From: Escherichia coli | Lineage (GTDB): Bacteria > Pseudomonadota > Gammaproteobacteria > Enterobacterales > Enterobacteriaceae | Strand: one strand, 5' to 3' | DNA length: 64,000 nucleotides | Assembly (NCBI RefSeq): GCF_003991155.1 | Contig: NZ_CP031293.1 | Part shown: one piece after another, positions 1-13,143 of the stretch | How the letters are laid out: every line of letters begins with the position of its first letter | How positions within the stretch are numbered: the first letter of the stretch is position 1 | The notes under the pieces: generated by a model | What the model saw: the letters and a program-made list of their open reading frames with translations, nothing else | Databases searched by the model: none | What the model was told of the DNA's origin: nothing | Made by a program: the position numbers and the translations under genes

Positions 1-1393
<1,393 letters not shown>

Positions 1394-1399
1394 TGCTGT

Positions 1400-1530
1400 G
1401 AAATGCCGGATGCGGCGTGAACGCCTTGTCCGGCCTACAAAACCGAAACGTATGTAGGCCTGGTAAGGCGCGTCAGCGTCGCATCAGGCAGTTGTTGTCG
1501 GATAAGGCGTGAAAGCCTTATCCGTCCTGG
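1400..1530. repeat. REP/BIME palindromic units in the malE-malF intergenic region
   Basis: Repeated GCCGGATGCGGCG...GCCTTATCCGGCCTAC-like imperfect palindromes between malE stop and malF start. Confidence 0.8.
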
Positions 1531-1546
1531 AATGAGGAAGAACCCC

Positions 1547-3091
1547 ATGGATGTCATTAAAAAGAAACATTGGTGGCAAAGCGACGCGCTGAAATGGTCA
1601 GTGTTAGGTCTGCTCGGCCTGCTGGTGGGTTACCTTGTTGTTTTAATGTACGCACAAGGGGAATACCTGTTCGCCATTACCACGCTGATATTGAGTTCAG
1701 CGGGGCTGTATATTTTCGCCAATCGTAAAGCCTACGCCTGGCGCTATGTTTACCCGGGAATGGCTGGAATGGGATTATTCGTCCTCTTCCCTTTGGTCTG
1801 CACCATCGCCATTGCCTTTACCAACTACAGCAGCACTAACCAGCTGACTTTTGAACGTGCGCAGGAAGTGTTGTTAGATCGCTCCTGGCAAGCAGGCAAA
1901 ACCTATAATTTTGGTCTTTACCCGGCGGGCGATGAGTGGCAACTGGCGCTCAGCGACGGCGAAACCGGCAAAAATTACCTCTCCGACGCGTTTAAATTTG
2001 GCGGCGAGCAAAAACTGCAACTGAAAGAAACGACCGCCCAGCCCGAAGGCGAACGCGCGAATCTGCGCGTGATTACCCAGAATCGTCAGGCACTGAGTGA
2101 CATTACCGCCATTCTGCCGGATGGCAACAAAGTGATGATGAGCTCCCTGCGCCAGTTTTCTGGCACGCAGCCGCTCTACACACTCGACGGTGACGGCACG
2201 CTGACCAATAATCAGAGTGGCGTAAAATATCGTCCAAACGACCAGATTGGTTTTTACCAGTCCATCACTGCTGACGGCAACTGGGGTGATGAAAAGCTAA
2301 GCCCCGGTTACACCGTGACCACCGGCTGGAAAAACTTTACCCGCGTCTTTACCGACGAAGGCATTCAGAAACCGTTCCTCGCCATTTTCGTCTGGACCGT
2401 GGTGTTCTCGCTGATCACTGTCTTTTTAACGGTGGCGGTCGGCATGGTTCTGGCGTGTCTGGTGCAGTGGGAAGCGTTGCGCGGCAAAGCGGTCTATCGC
2501 GTCCTGCTTATTCTGCCCTACGCGGTGCCATCGTTCATTTCAATCTTGATTTTCAAAGGGTTGTTTAACCAGAGCTTCGGTGAGATCAACATGATGTTGA
2601 GCGCGCTGTTTGGCGTGAAGCCCGCCTGGTTCAGCGATCCGACCACCGCCCGAACGATGCTGATTATCGTCAATACCTGGCTGGGTTATCCGTACATGAT
2701 GATCCTCTGCATGGGCTTGCTGAAAGCGATTCCGGACGATTTGTATGAAGCCTCAGCAATGGATGGCGCAGGTCCGTTCCAGAACTTCTTTAAGATTACG
2801 CTGCCGCTGCTGATTAAACCGCTGACGCCGCTGATGATCGCCAGCTTCGCCTTTAACTTTAACAACTTCGTGCTGATTCAACTGTTAACCAACGGCGGCC
2901 CGGATCGTCTTGGCACGACCACGCCAGCCGGTTATACCGACCTGCTTGTTAACTACACCTACCGCATCGCTTTTGAAGGCGGCGGGGGTCAGGACTTCGG
3001 TCTGGCAGCAGCAATTGCCACGCTGATCTTCCTGCTGGTGGGTGCGCTGGCGATAGTGAACCTGAAAGCCACGCGAATGAAGTTTGATTAA
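1547..3091 (+). CDS. malF: Maltose ABC transporter permease MalF
   Basis: ORF translation from [17 protein letters not shown]; 514 aa from the internal ATG at 1547; adjacent to malE and malG. Confidence 0.95.
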   Translation: MDVIKKKHWWQSDALKWSVLGLLGLLVGYLVVLMYAQGEYLFAITTLILSSAGLYIFANRKAYAWRYVYPGMAGMGLFVLFPLVCTIAIAFTNYSSTNQLTFERAQEVLLDRSWQAGKTYNFGLYPAGDEWQLALSDGETGKNYLSDAFKFGGEQKLQLKETTAQPEGERANLRVITQNRQALSDITAILPDGNKVMMSSLRQFSGTQPLYTLDGDGTLTNNQSGVKYRPNDQIGFYQSITADGNWGDEKLSPGYTVTTGWKNFTRVFTDEGIQKPFLAIFVWTVVFSLITVFLTVAVGMVLACLVQWEALRGKAVYRVLLILPYAVPSFISILIFKGLFNQSFGEINMMLSALFGVKPAWFSDPTTARTMLIIVNTWLGYPYMMILCMGLLKAIPDDLYEASAMDGAGPFQNFFKITLPLLIKPLTPLMIASFAFNFNNFVLIQLLTNGGPDRLGTTTPAGYTDLLVNYTYRIAFEGGGGQDFGLAAAIATLIFLLVGALAIVNLKATRMKFD

Positions 3092-3105
3092 GGGAGATAA
3101 CAAAA

Positions 3106-3996
3106 ATGGCAATGGTCCAACCGAAATCGCAAAAAGCACGTTTGTTTATTACTCACCTGCTACTGCTACTTTTTATCGCGGCGATTATGTTCCCGCTGCT
3201 GATGGTCGTCGCCATCTCGCTGCGTCAGGGGAACTTCGCGACTGGCAGCCTGATCCCGGAGCAAATCTCCTGGGATCACTGGAAACTGGCGTTAGGTTTT
3301 AGTGTGGAACAGGCTGATGGTCGCATTACGCCACCGCCATTCCCGGTACTGCTGTGGCTGTGGAACTCGGTAAAGGTCGCCGGGATTTCCGCGATTGGCA
3401 TTGTGGCGCTCTCCACCACCTGCGCCTACGCTTTCGCCCGTATGCGCTTTCCAGGCAAAGCGACGCTGCTGAAAGGAATGCTGATTTTCCAGATGTTCCC
3501 GGCAGTACTTTCACTGGTCGCGTTGTATGCGTTGTTTGATCGTCTGGGTGAGTACATTCCATTCATTGGCCTGAATACTCACGGCGGCGTAATTTTCGCG
3601 TATCTGGGCGGGATTGCGCTGCATGTCTGGACCATCAAAGGTTATTTCGAAACCATCGACAGTTCGCTGGAAGAAGCGGCGGCGCTGGATGGTGCGACAC
3701 CGTGGCAGGCCTTCCGCCTTGTCCTGTTGCCGCTGTCAGTACCGATTCTGGCGGTGGTGTTCATCCTGTCGTTTATCGCTGCCATTACTGAAGTTCCGGT
3801 CGCGTCGCTATTACTGCGTGACGTAAACAGCTACACCCTGGCTGTGGGGATGCAGCAATACCTCAACCCGCAAAACTACCTGTGGGGTGACTTTGCCGCC
3901 GCTGCCGTGATGTCTGCATTACCGATCACCATCGTCTTCTTGCTGGCTCAACGCTGGCTGGTCAACGGCCTGACGGCAGGTGGTGTGAAAGGTTAA
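3106..3996 (+). CDS. malG: Maltose ABC transporter permease MalG
   Basis: 296-aa [24 protein letters not shown]...; operon context. Confidence 0.97.
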
Positions 3997-4063
3997 AGAT
4001 GTTGTTCTGCCAATGTTATGCCGCTGCACCCTCAACTTACGTTATCCCAACTTGTGACTGTTA

Positions 4064-4092
4064 TTCGGCGCTCCACGGAGCGCCTTTTTTTA
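4064..4092 (+). terminator. Rho-independent terminator after malG (GC hairpin GGCGCTCCACGGAGCGCC plus T-run), overlapping the psiE stop
   Basis: Perfect inverted repeat followed by TTTTTTT at 4085-4091; between convergent malG and psiE. Confidence 0.6.
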
Positions 4093-4500
4093 CTCCCGCT
4101 TCAGCCGTTTCGAATTACACAGCCACAGGGTGATCACCAGTAACAGGATCGCTGCCGAGTAGATCAACACATCCAGTGGCGATTTATGATCGACGATGAT
4201 CAAGCGCACAATGGCGGTGATCCCAATATAGACAAAGTAACGTAGCGGGAAGTGAAAACCGGACTGAAAGTACTTCACAATCAGCGCGATAAATTCGAAA
4301 TAGAGAAAGTAAACCACCAGCCCTTCTACCAGCTCATATTTGCTGGTTTGTTCTGGCGCGAACAGCACATCAGCCAGATGCACCGTTTCTTTGCCGAGGA
4401 AGACAACCAAAATAAGGCCGAGGCACAGCAGGCCAAGATTGAGTACGGTCTGCAAAATGGTGGAGATAAACTCCACGCGCGGACGAGAGAGTGACGTCAT
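4090..4500 (-). CDS. psiE: Phosphate-starvation-inducible inner membrane protein PsiE
   Basis: Translation from internal start [25 protein letters not shown]... (136 aa); the longer ORF 4090..4635 has an N-terminal extension judged spurious. Confidence 0.9.
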
Positions 4501-4714
4501 AGCAGTACCTCCTTCACAGTGGCGAGCTTCCTGTATAACGCAAAAATGTGACGGAGATCTATATTTTTTGTGTATGTTTTGTTCAGCTAGATTAAGTGGG
4601 CATCCCCCATCAACGTCGCATCTGGCAAAACACACAGCCCAAAAAAATCACCCATTCAGGTGATTCCCAGCCACCAGCAATGCGAGAAAAATCGACAATG
4701 TTCCTCTGGAACAA

Positions 4715-4993
4715 ATGAAACGTAACCTGATAAAGGTGGTAAAAATGAAGCCTTATTTTGCTGCTTTGATGTTATCAGTCTCTGTTCTTCCTGCTTATGC
4801 TGGTCCGCTCGGTACTGCTGATAAAACCGACCTACCGCAAAGCAATGTCTCCAGCCCAATGATGGCCCAGTCGCTCAGGCAACCAGACCTGCAACCAATA
4901 TCGACGGACAGGAAGACAGAATGTTTTCGCCTTTACACACCAGATCGCAAACCGGGGGTGAACTGCGTTCCTGATGGCTCGACAGGCCATTAA
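4715..4993 (+). CDS. yjbT: Small secreted protein (92 aa, N-terminal signal peptide); probably YjbT
   Basis: 92-aa ORF with signal-peptide-like MKPYFAALMLSVSVLPAYA; position between psiE and yjbH; symbol recalled from memory, not verified. Confidence 0.5.
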   Translation: MKRNLIKVVKMKPYFAALMLSVSVLPAYAGPLGTADKTDLPQSNVSSPMMAQSLRQPDLQPISTDRKTECFRLYTPDRKPGVNCVPDGSTGH

Positions 4994-5039
4994 GAATAAA
5001 GGTGCCAGTGAGTGCGAAAACTGGCACCTTTCCCATGAC

Positions 5040-7136
5040 TTAGCGGAAATTGACGCTACGGTCGCTGGTCATGTCATACAACTGGAACTTACGCCCAAGT
5101 TGCTGACCACCGTCACGCGTCAGCGGCGTCCAGCCAATTGCCGCACGACTGCGTGTTGGGCCAGACGAGAAGAGATCCAGCGGTACAGAGACATATACGC
5201 CTTTGGTGAAGTCCCCTTCGCCGTACTCCTCTTTCGAAACATTCGTGATGGTGGCATAGCCCCCCACTACCACGCCGCTATCAAAGCGTTTGGCGATCTC
5301 CAGCGTGCCGCCTTTATCCCCAGCCAGATACTGCCCGACGCTCGCTTTCACTAACACATCCTGAGCGAAAGATGGCGTCCAGTAGGCGGTCAGATGTCCG
5401 GTTTTCACACTGTAGTCGGTGAATTTCATCATATCTTTTGCACTACGCCAGTCGCGCTGTTTAACGTAGTTGGCATCCACACCAAACGCCCAGTTGCTGT
5501 CCAGCGGGCGATACAACACTTCTGCCCCCGCACCGCCAAACATGGTTTCGAGATAACCTCCGTAGACCTGGCCGTAGAAGCCGTTGCCCAGATGCTGGAA
5601 GTAGTTGGCTTGCAGGTTATTCACATAGACATCATTCTGCACATACTCGCGCACATGGGTACGCACGCGCGGTAAGTGCGAGTCCTGCGGTGGATTGGTG
5701 TAGTTAAACTTGTCGTAGTTGTTGGCAAGGTTAGCAAACAGGCTGCCGGTGGTGAGCAGATGGTCCGTCAGCCACAAATCCGCCGTTCCCATCACGCCCA
5801 GCTGATACATGTAAAAGTTTTCCGGGCCACCGACCGACTGGTTCAGCACCGGATCGATATGAAAATCAAAGCGCGATTTGTCGATATACCAGCCCTGCTC
5901 GGTGGACTTCGGAACCACTGGCTCGACGCGTTTTTGCGCCAGCTTCGTTTCGTGGCCCAACGGCTCTCCGGCGAGATGATTTTTCAGGCTGGCGACATCG
6001 GTTTCCGTCGTCACCTGCGGCATGTTAAGGCGATTTTCCGTAATGCGGATCGTTTTGATCCCATCCGGCAGATCGTTCATCACGATCCGATTAGCACGGA
6101 TGATCCCTTCGCGCGAATCACGATATTTCACCTGCTCGCCCGTGACATACAGCGTATCGCCTTTCGCCTGGATCTGCGGATCGGCCAGTCCGGCGTTGTA
6201 TTTCAGCAACGTTAACTGATTCGCCACCACCGAATGCTGCAAAATGGCATCCTGTGGCTGCGGTTGATATTGCGGGCGGGCGTTATCGTTATACGAAGGA
6301 CGCAGATCGTTAAAGTTGGTGCGCAGCGTGACGCCAAACATAAAGGTGTTGCCACGTTCATAGCTAAGGTTAACGTCGGCCCAATCGGTAACGCGATAAA
6401 TCGCCCCGACGTTAAACTTACTTTTTTGCTCCAGCTTCCCGGCAAAATCCTGCTGATAATTATTGCCTTCATACTCCAGTTTCAGGCGCAGCGGCTGCCA
6501 GGGTGTCTGGTATTCCACGCCGCCAAACAGTGAGGCAGGACCGTGGAACATCTGGCTACCGTCGATAGCTCCCGCCTGTTTGTAGCTGTTATCGCGATAG
6601 CAATATTTATCACTGGCTGAACAGAGCGGATTTTTCACATTACCGCTGGTGCCCAGATATCCCCAGCCCAGGCCGAGCGTAAAATCGAACGGCCCCCAGG
6701 CTTTGCTGGCAACAAGATATTCCGCATCAAACAGCCCCGTACCGCCGATATCCCGCGCACCAACCGCCACTTGCGGCAGCCAGTAACTCTCTTCCCACAA
6801 ACGCAGTTTGAGATCGAAGGCTTTATCTTTATACGTTTGATCGCCAGAGAACGCTTCGACGCTGCTGTACTGCCGGGTGCGCACGTCGGTGTAGCGCAGC
6901 GTTGTTTCCAGCCACGGGAAGAGTTGCACTGAAGCTGAGTAATAACGGTACTGATCGTTATCGCGATAGTTCAGGCTCAGCTCCCCTTCCCGCGCCATGC
7001 GCGCGGTGGGCGTTTGTAATAATCCTACGCCACCGAAATCCGATTGCGACGGACCAATGGGCGCAGGATATGTTTCGCCGTAGCAAGCTGTGCTAATGCC
7101 CAGCGCCAGTAAGCTAAGCAGATGTCTTTTTTTCAT
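5040..7136 (-). CDS. yjbH: YjbH, outer-membrane/lipoprotein component of the yjbEFGH exopolysaccharide-associated operon
   Basis: 698-aa [31 protein letters not shown]...; last gene of a four-gene minus-strand operon. Confidence 0.9.
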   Translation of the reverse strand: MKKRHLLSLLALGISTACYGETYPAPIGPSQSDFGGVGLLQTPTARMAREGELSLNYRDNDQYRYYSASVQLFPWLETTLRYTDVRTRQYSSVEAFSGDQTYKDKAFDLKLRLWEESYWLPQVAVGARDIGGTGLFDAEYLVASKAWGPFDFTLGLGWGYLGTSGNVKNPLCSASDKYCYRDNSYKQAGAIDGSQMFHGPASLFGGVEYQTPWQPLRLKLEYEGNNYQQDFAGKLEQKSKFNVGAIYRVTDWADVNLSYERGNTFMFGVTLRTNFNDLRPSYNDNARPQYQPQPQDAILQHSVVANQLTLLKYNAGLADPQIQAKGDTLYVTGEQVKYRDSREGIIRANRIVMNDLPDGIKTIRITENRLNMPQVTTETDVASLKNHLAGEPLGHETKLAQKRVEPVVPKSTEQGWYIDKSRFDFHIDPVLNQSVGGPENFYMYQLGVMGTADLWLTDHLLTTGSLFANLANNYDKFNYTNPPQDSHLPRVRTHVREYVQNDVYVNNLQANYFQHLGNGFYGQVYGGYLETMFGGAGAEVLYRPLDSNWAFGVDANYVKQRDWRSAKDMMKFTDYSVKTGHLTAYWTPSFAQDVLVKASVGQYLAGDKGGTLEIAKRFDSGVVVGGYATITNVSKEEYGEGDFTKGVYVSVPLDLFSSGPTRSRAAIGWTPLTRDGGQQLGRKFQLYDMTSDRSVNFR

Positions 7137-7873
7137 TATTGGGGTATCCGCTGCGTCAGAGTCTGAAGAATGTCGGAGTTAAGGGCATCAGGTATCTCAC
7201 TCCAGACGGAGTCCGCGAGGCCAACATAAATAATGCTGCCGGGCATCGGCTCTACGTGACGCTTGTTCCAGTAAGCCACCGGCGCTTTTTGCGTGCGTCC
7301 GTCCGGGTAAACCACCCACGCGTAGCTGCGATCCGCACCGCTGAGCAGGCTCTGGTCAGAGAGATAGCTCGCCACGTCGCGACCTGGAGTGAATGACTGC
7401 TTGCCAGGACGACTGATAAGCCCGAACAACGTGACCGTGGACGGCGGCGGTCCGACCCACAGCGTGTAGTTGCCCTGCAACGGCGGGTTACCGCGTTCGG
7501 CAACGCGGACGATATCAGGATCAAGATTGATTTTTTGTCTGCCCGTCACCTTCAACGCCTGAATTTGCTGGCGTAAGGCGTTAATGGCGGCGGCATCGTC
7601 GGTGCTGGAGTCTGCGGTTAGTTCTGCCAGCCGTGTCAGCAACGCCTGCTGCTGACGCAATGCTGCCGCCGTTGCCAGCTCTTCGCTGATCACCGCACCA
7701 GGCCACCAGCTGTTTGCCAGCCGCGGTTGGCCTACCAGATCGATTAAATGCTCTGCGCCCGTCAGCGTTTTGGCCTCACTGCTGCCATTGCTGAACACCT
7801 TGACGGTTCCCGCCGCGAAGACTGATGACGCCCCCGCACTCAAAAGCAACGCGACAATAGTTTGTTTAATCAT
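7136..7873 (-). CDS. yjbG: YjbG (extracellular polysaccharide production, secreted protein)
   Basis: Internal start [20 protein letters not shown] (245 aa); ATGA overlap with the yjbF stop. Confidence 0.85.
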   Translation of the reverse strand: MIKQTIVALLLSAGASSVFAAGTVKVFSNGSSEAKTLTGAEHLIDLVGQPRLANSWWPGAVISEELATAAALRQQQALLTRLAELTADSSTDDAAAINALRQQIQALKVTGRQKINLDPDIVRVAERGNPPLQGNYTLWVGPPPSTVTLFGLISRPGKQSFTPGRDVASYLSDQSLLSGADRSYAWVVYPDGRTQKAPVAYWNKRHVEPMPGSIIYVGLADSVWSEIPDALNSDILQTLTQRIPQ

Positions 7874-8538
7874 TGTTTTGCCGCCTTGATGAGAGTGGTT
7901 TTCACCGGGAAATAATCCGCGCCAATATACTGTTCCGACTGGCGAATTTGCCCTTCGCTGTCGATCCAATAGCGGTTATGCCAGCGCGCCTGGTCAGTGA
8001 AGACTTCTTCGTCCAGCACGCGAACCGGGGTTTCATCGCTGCCGACTTTGACGGTATCGGTGCCATTCCATTTGAAGACTGAGCGCGCGGTGGCGTAGCG
8101 TACCTGCTGGTACTCGGTCCAGCCCATCGTGCGCGTCCAGGTTGCACCATCAATGATTTGTGCGGGTTTAATCAGCGGGTCGGTGGCAAGGTTATTCACT
8201 TCAATCAGGTTGTCGCCGCCAAGCAAAGTCTTCACCAGACGACCATGTTGTGTGACAAGGGTGGCCTGATCCTGAGTGACCCATTTTTGTTGTCCGTCTT
8301 CAGCGAAGGCCAGCACCACAAATAACTGCGGCCCGCCATTAAGCTGCATGTACTGGCTGGCGTAGGGCATATTTTGAATATCATCGTCCGTCAGCTGTAC
8401 GCCTGGCGTACCGAACAGACTGTCCCACAGTGAATTGCCCAGCTCTTTAGTCGTGGCTGAACAGGCCTGTAAAAGCAGGCAGATAAGAATGAGTGCAGGT
8501 CGCTTCACGACTCTTCTCCAGAGGGGCAGAATAACCAC
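7870..8538 (-). CDS. yjbF: YjbF lipoprotein
   Basis: ORF with lipobox-like LLLQAC; operon context; exact start uncertain. Confidence 0.8.
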   Translation of the reverse strand: MVILPLWRRVVKRPALILICLLLQACSATTKELGNSLWDSLFGTPGVQLTDDDIQNMPYASQYMQLNGGPQLFVVLAFAEDGQQKWVTQDQATLVTQHGRLVKTLLGGDNLIEVNNLATDPLIKPAQIIDGATWTRTMGWTEYQQVRYATARSVFKWNGTDTVKVGSDETPVRVLDEEVFTDQARWHNRYWIDSEGQIRQSEQYIGADYFPVKTTLIKAAKQ

Positions 8539-8621
8539 ACCGGAGTGTGGTTATGGTAAATCCCTTCATACTTCAAGCCACAGATGCGATGACTCGAATT
8601 ATTTTGGGGATACATACTTTA

Positions 8622-8864
8622 TTACTGGGTACTGGTGGTCGTGGTTGTGGTGGTCCCGGTATTAGAACCATCACCGCCACCGGTTGCCGCGAGCGCGACA
8701 CCCACCGCCGAGCTTACGGTGCTGACGCTGGTCGCGGAGGAACTCCCCGCCGAAACCGACGTTGCTGCCGACCCTGCCGCTTCGCCCACCTGTACAGGTG
8801 CAGCCCACGCAGAAGTCGCCGCAAGCGCAGATATGGCAAAAATGCCATACAGAACTTTTTTCAT
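8622..8864 (-). CDS. yjbE: YjbE, small secreted Ser/Thr/Ala/Gly-rich protein
   Basis: 80-aa [24 protein letters not shown]... with low-complexity T-rich C-terminus. Confidence 0.85.
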
Positions 8865-9171
8865 AACAATTTCCCTTCATTGAATGAATGGAGATTTACC
8901 CAAAAACATTTCGGGCGGGATCGAGTATACACAACTAAAGCATGCGAATTACGGCGCGGGTAATTAGTGATGGGGTTTTAGGATAATTGGAATGAATATC
9001 AAATATAAGCTTCATCTTATATATAAATAAGATTAAAAATCAAAAAGTTAAAATAAAATCAGAAATAATTAACCTACGTATTTTCCGAAATAAACCGTGA
9101 TTAAAAATCTATTTTAGGATTAACCTCACGGTATGATTTCCGTTAAATCACAGACAAGAGGATTTATCTGA

Positions 9172-9204
9172 TAAAAAATGCCGACATAACGTCGGCATTT
9201 TTAT
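9172..9204 (-). terminator. Bidirectional hairpin terminator downstream of pgi
   Basis: ATGCCGACataacgTCGGCAT flanked by A-run and T-run. Confidence 0.6.
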
Positions 9205-9217
9205 TAAGGTTATTTAA

Positions 9218-10867
9218 TTAACCGCGCCACGCTTTATAGCGGTTAATCAGACCATTGGTCGAGCTATCGTGGCTGCTGATTTCTTTGTCATCTTTCAGCT
9301 CTGGCAGAATACGGTTCGCCAGCTGTTTACCCAGTTCCACGCCCCACTGGTCGAAGGTGAAGATGTTCAGGATCACGCCCTGAGTAAAGATTTTGTGCTC
9401 ATACAGCGCAATCAACGCACCCAGGCTGAACGGAGTGATTTCACGCAGCAGGATGGAGTTGGTCGGGCGGTTACCTTCGAACACTTTGAACGGCACCACG
9501 TAGTCAAGCGTTGCCGGATCTTTACCCTGATCGCGATATTCCTGCTCAACCACTTCGCGGGATTTACCAAACGCCAGCGCTTCGGTCTGAGCAAAGAAGT
9601 TAGACAGCAGTTTCTGGTGATGATCAGAGAGCGGGTTATGGGTGATAGCCGGAGCGATGAAATCGCACGGTACCATTTTGGTTCCCTGGTGGATCAGCTG
9701 ATAGAACGCGTGCTGACCGTTCGTACCTGGTTCACCCCAGATAATCGGGCCAGTCTGGTAATCCACAACCTTACCGTTACGGTCAACATACTTACCGTTG
9801 GACTCCATATTGCCCTGCTGGAAGTACGCCGCGAAACGGTGCATATACTGGTCATAAGGCAGAATCGCTTCAGTTTCCGCGCCAAAGAAATTGTTGTACC
9901 AGATGCCAATCAGCGCCAGCAGTACAGGCAGGTTTTTCTCGGCAGGCGTGGTGGAGAAATGCTTGTCCATCGCGTGTGCGCCAGAAAGCAGTTCAACGAA
10001 GTTATCAAAGCCGATGGAGAGAACAATCGACAGGCCAATCGCTGACCACAAAGAGTAACGACCGCCGACCCAGTCCCAGAATTCGAACATGTTGGCAGTA
10101 TCAATACCAAACTCGCCAACGGCTTTGGCGTTGGTGGAAAGCGCCGCAAAGTGTTTCGCAACGTGTTTCTCATCACCTGCCGCTTTCAGGAACCAGTCAC
10201 GCGCGCTATGGGCGTTGGTCATGGTTTCCTGAGTGGTGAAGGTTTTAGATGCTACCAGGAACAGCGTGGTTTCCGGGTTTACTTTTTTCAGCACTTCCGC
10301 GATGTGAGTCCCATCGACGTTAGAAACAAAGTGCATGTTCAGGTGGTTTTTGTATGGACGCAGTGCTTCAGTCACCATGTACGGGCCGAGGTCAGAACCG
10401 CCGATCCCGATGTTCACTACGTCAGTGATTGCTTTGCCGGTATAGCCTTTCCACTCACCGGAAATAATCGCTTCCGAGAAGGTTTTCATCTTCTCCAGCA
10501 CCGCGTTGACTTCCGGCATTACGTCTTTGCCATCAACCAGAATCGGGGTATTGCTACGGTTACGCAGCGCTACGTGCAGCACGGCGCGGTTTTCAGTGCG
10601 GTTGATCTTCTCGCCAGAGAACATCGACTTAATCGCGCCCGCCAGATCGCACTCTTTCGCCAGATCCTGTAATTTCGCCAGCGTCTCTTCAGTGATGCGG
10701 TTTTTGGAGTAATCCACCAGCATCTGATCGTCGAAGGTTGCGGAGAACTTAGAAAAACGATCGCCGTCTTTAGCAAAAAGATCGGCGATCGTAACGTCTT
10801 TCATTTCATCGAAGTGTTTCTGTAGTGCCTGCCAGGCAGCGGTCTGCGTTGGATTGATGTTTTTCAT
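9218..10867 (-). CDS. pgi: Glucose-6-phosphate isomerase
   Basis: Translation [31 protein letters not shown]... (549 aa from the third codon of the ORF). Confidence 0.97.
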
Positions 10868-11099
10868 TAGCAATACTCTTCTGATTTTGAGAATTGTGAC
10901 TTTGGAAGATTGTAGCGCCAGTCACAGAAAAATGTGATGGTTTTAGTGCCGTTAGCGTAATGTTGAGTGTAAACCCTTAGCGCAGTGAAGCATTTATTAG
11001 CTGAACTACTGACCGCCAGGAGTGGATGAAAAATCCGCATGACCCCATCGTTGACAACCGCCCCGCTCACCCTTTATTTATAAATGTACTACCTGCGCT

Positions 11100-11385
11100 A
11101 GCGCAGGCCAGAAGAGGCGCGTTGCCCAAGTAACGGTGTTGGAGGAGCCAGTCCTGTGATAACACCTGAGGGGGTGCATCGCCGAGGTGATTGAACGGCT
11201 GGCCACGTTCATCATCGGCTACAGGGGCTGAATCCCCTGGGTTGTCACCAGAAGCGTTCGCAGTCGGGCGTTTCGCAAGTGGTGGAGCACTTCTGGGTGA
11301 AAATAGTAGCGAAGTATCGCTCTGCGCCCACCCGTCTTCCGCTCTTCCCTTGTGCCAAGGCTGAAAATGGATCCCCTGACACGAG
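11100..11385 (+). promoter_or_regulatory. lysC 5' leader containing the lysine riboswitch (L box)
   Basis: About 290-nt untranslated leader immediately upstream of lysC with conserved GAAGAGGCGCGTTGCCCAAGTAACGGTGTTGGAGGAGCCAG-type sequence; the antisense ORF here (11067..11612) is spurious. Confidence 0.75.
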
Positions 11386-11391
11386 GTAGTT

Positions 11392-12741
11392 ATGTCTGAA
11401 ATTGTTGTCTCCAAATTTGGCGGTACCAGCGTAGCTGATTTTGACGCCATGAACCGCAGCGCTGATATTGTGCTTTCTGATGCCAACGTGCGTTTAGTTG
11501 TCCTCTCGGCTTCTGCTGGTATCACTAATCTGCTGGTCGCTTTAGCTGAAGGACTGGAACCTGGCGAGCGATTCGAAAAACTCGACGCAATCCGCAATAT
11601 CCAGTTTGCCATTCTGGAACGTCTGCGTTACCCGAACGTTATCCGTGAAGAGATTGAACGTCTGCTGGAGAACATTACTGTTCTGGCAGAAGCGGCGGCG
11701 CTGGCAACGTCTCCGGCGCTGACAGATGAACTGGTCAGCCACGGCGAGCTGATGTCGACCCTGCTGTTTGTCGAAATCCTGCGCGAACGCGATGTTCAGG
11801 CACAGTGGTTTGATGTACGTAAAGTGATGCGTACCAACGACCGATTTGGTCGTGCAGAGCCAGATGTAGCCGCGCTGGCGGAACTGGCCGCGCTGCAGCT
11901 GCTCCCACGCCTCAATGAAGGCTTAGTGATCACCCAGGGATTTATCGGTAGCGAAAATAAAGGTCGGACAACGACGCTTGGCCGTGGAGGCAGCGATTAT
12001 ACGGCAGCCTTGCTGGCGGAGGCTTTACACGCATCTCGTGTTGATATCTGGACCGACGTCCCGGGCATCTACACCACCGATCCACGCGTGGTTTCCGCAG
12101 CAAAACGCATTGATGAAATCGCGTTTGCCGAAGCGGCAGAGATGGCAACTTTTGGTGCAAAAGTACTGCATCCGGCAACGTTGCTACCCGCAGTACGCAG
12201 CGATATCCCGGTCTTTGTCGGCTCCAGCAAAGACCCACGCGCAGGTGGTACGCTGGTGTGCAATAAAACTGAAAATCCGCCGCTGTTTCGCGCGCTGGCG
12301 CTTCGTCGCAATCAGACTCTGCTCACTTTGCACAGCCTGAATATGCTGCATTCTCGCGGTTTCCTCGCGGAAGTTTTCGGCATCCTCGCGCGGCATAATA
12401 TTTCGGTAGACTTAATCACCACGTCAGAAGTGAGCGTGGCATTAACCCTTGATACCACCGGTTCAACCTCCACTGGCGATACCTTGCTGACGCAATCTCT
12501 GCTGATGGAGCTGTCTGCACTATGCCGGGTAGAAGTGGAGGAAGGTCTGGCGCTGGTCGCGTTGATTGGCAATGACCTGTCAAAAGCCTGCGGCGTAGGC
12601 AAAGAGGTATTCGGCGTACTGGAACCGTTCAACATTCGCATGATTTGTTACGGCGCATCCAGCCATAACCTGTGCTTCCTGGTGCCCGGCGAAGATGCCG
12701 AGCAGGTGGTGCAGAAGCTGCATTTTAATTTGTTTGAGTAA
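11392..12741 (+). CDS. lysC: Lysine-sensitive aspartokinase III
   Basis: 449-aa ORF MSEIVVSKFGGTSVADFDAMNRSADIVLSDANVRLVVLSASAG... Confidence 0.97.
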   Translation: MSEIVVSKFGGTSVADFDAMNRSADIVLSDANVRLVVLSASAGITNLLVALAEGLEPGERFEKLDAIRNIQFAILERLRYPNVIREEIERLLENITVLAEAAALATSPALTDELVSHGELMSTLLFVEILRERDVQAQWFDVRKVMRTNDRFGRAEPDVAALAELAALQLLPRLNEGLVITQGFIGSENKGRTTTLGRGGSDYTAALLAEALHASRVDIWTDVPGIYTTDPRVVSAAKRIDEIAFAEAAEMATFGAKVLHPATLLPAVRSDIPVFVGSSKDPRAGGTLVCNKTENPPLFRALALRRNQTLLTLHSLNMLHSRGFLAEVFGILARHNISVDLITTSEVSVALTLDTTGSTSTGDTLLTQSLLMELSALCRVEVEEGLALVALIGNDLSKACGVGKEVFGVLEPFNIRMICYGASSHNLCFLVPGEDAEQVVQKLHFNLFE

Positions 12742-12753
12742 ACGATCAGTAGA

Positions 12754-12783
12754 GGTGAATAGCGACCCACGACGCTATTCACC
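12754..12783. repeat. Perfect 11-bp inverted repeat (GGTGAATAGCG ... CGCTATTCACC) at the lysC 3' end / island junction
   Basis: Seen directly; no adjacent T-run; could be lysC terminator stem or junction element. Confidence 0.5.
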
Positions 12784-12795
12784 ATGCCGGTTCAA

Positions 12796-13143
12796 TTACG
12801 AATTACTGCGGCGCTGTTGCTTTTCCGCATGTACGCGTTTCACAATCTTATAAATCCATTGCAGCGTCAGATTATATTTCTTCGCTAATTCGGCGTAGTT
12901 GCGCCCATCGCACTCGCTATAGATTTGGTAGTCACGCTCCGATGCTCGTCCGGAGATCCCCTTAGGGAAATAAATGCTTTGTCCGCCCCAGTTACGCATC
13001 ATTCGGTCGGCAATGGCAAAGCCCACATTTTCTGCCGATGAACTGTCGAGATTGATGCTTTCAATCAGAACTTGCGATGCATGAAAAGCCAGGTCGTTAA
13101 TGATCTCCGGTGTCCGGGCCATCTCTTTTGATTTTCGTATCAT
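12796..13143 (-). CDS. Mor/C-family (phage Mu middle/late) transcriptional activator
   Basis: 115-aa ORF; C-terminus GGQSIYFPKG...RDYQIYSECDGRNYAELAKKYNLTLQWIYKIVKR matches the conserved Mor/C HTH region (Mu Mor GGGQVYIPRG...RIWNDFNGRNVSELTTRYGVTFNTVYKAIRR); GGAG RBS 7 nt upstream. Confidence 0.8.
   Translation of the reverse strand: MIRKSKEMARTPEIINDLAFHASQVLIESINLDSSSAENVGFAIADRMMRNWGGQSIYFPKGISGRASERDYQIYSECDGRNYAELAKKYNLTLQWIYKIVKRVHAEKQQRRSNS

Noticed and set aside
4090-4635. Long 181-aa form of the psiE ORF
   Set aside because: The N-terminal 45 codons are Cys-rich and not part of the PsiE sequence I recognise; the internal ATG at 4500 gives the expected 136-aa membrane protein.
8547-8963. 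138-aa and 82-aa plus-strand ORFs overlapping yjbE
   Set aside because: Antisense to yjbE and driven by its low-complexity GC-rich repeat coding sequence.
9269-10045. 258-aa plus-strand ORF inside pgi, and similar antisense ORFs inside yjbH (5676..6215), metH (42638..43261, 45509..46186), aceA (49018..49866), aceB (51300..51743) and the sor genes (36205..36915)
   Set aside because: All are antisense to confidently identified genes; treated as spurious.
11067-11612. 181-aa minus-strand ORF spanning the lysC leader and start
   Set aside because: Region is the lysC riboswitch leader and lysC N-terminus; ORF is antisense and Pro/Ser/Ala-rich low complexity.
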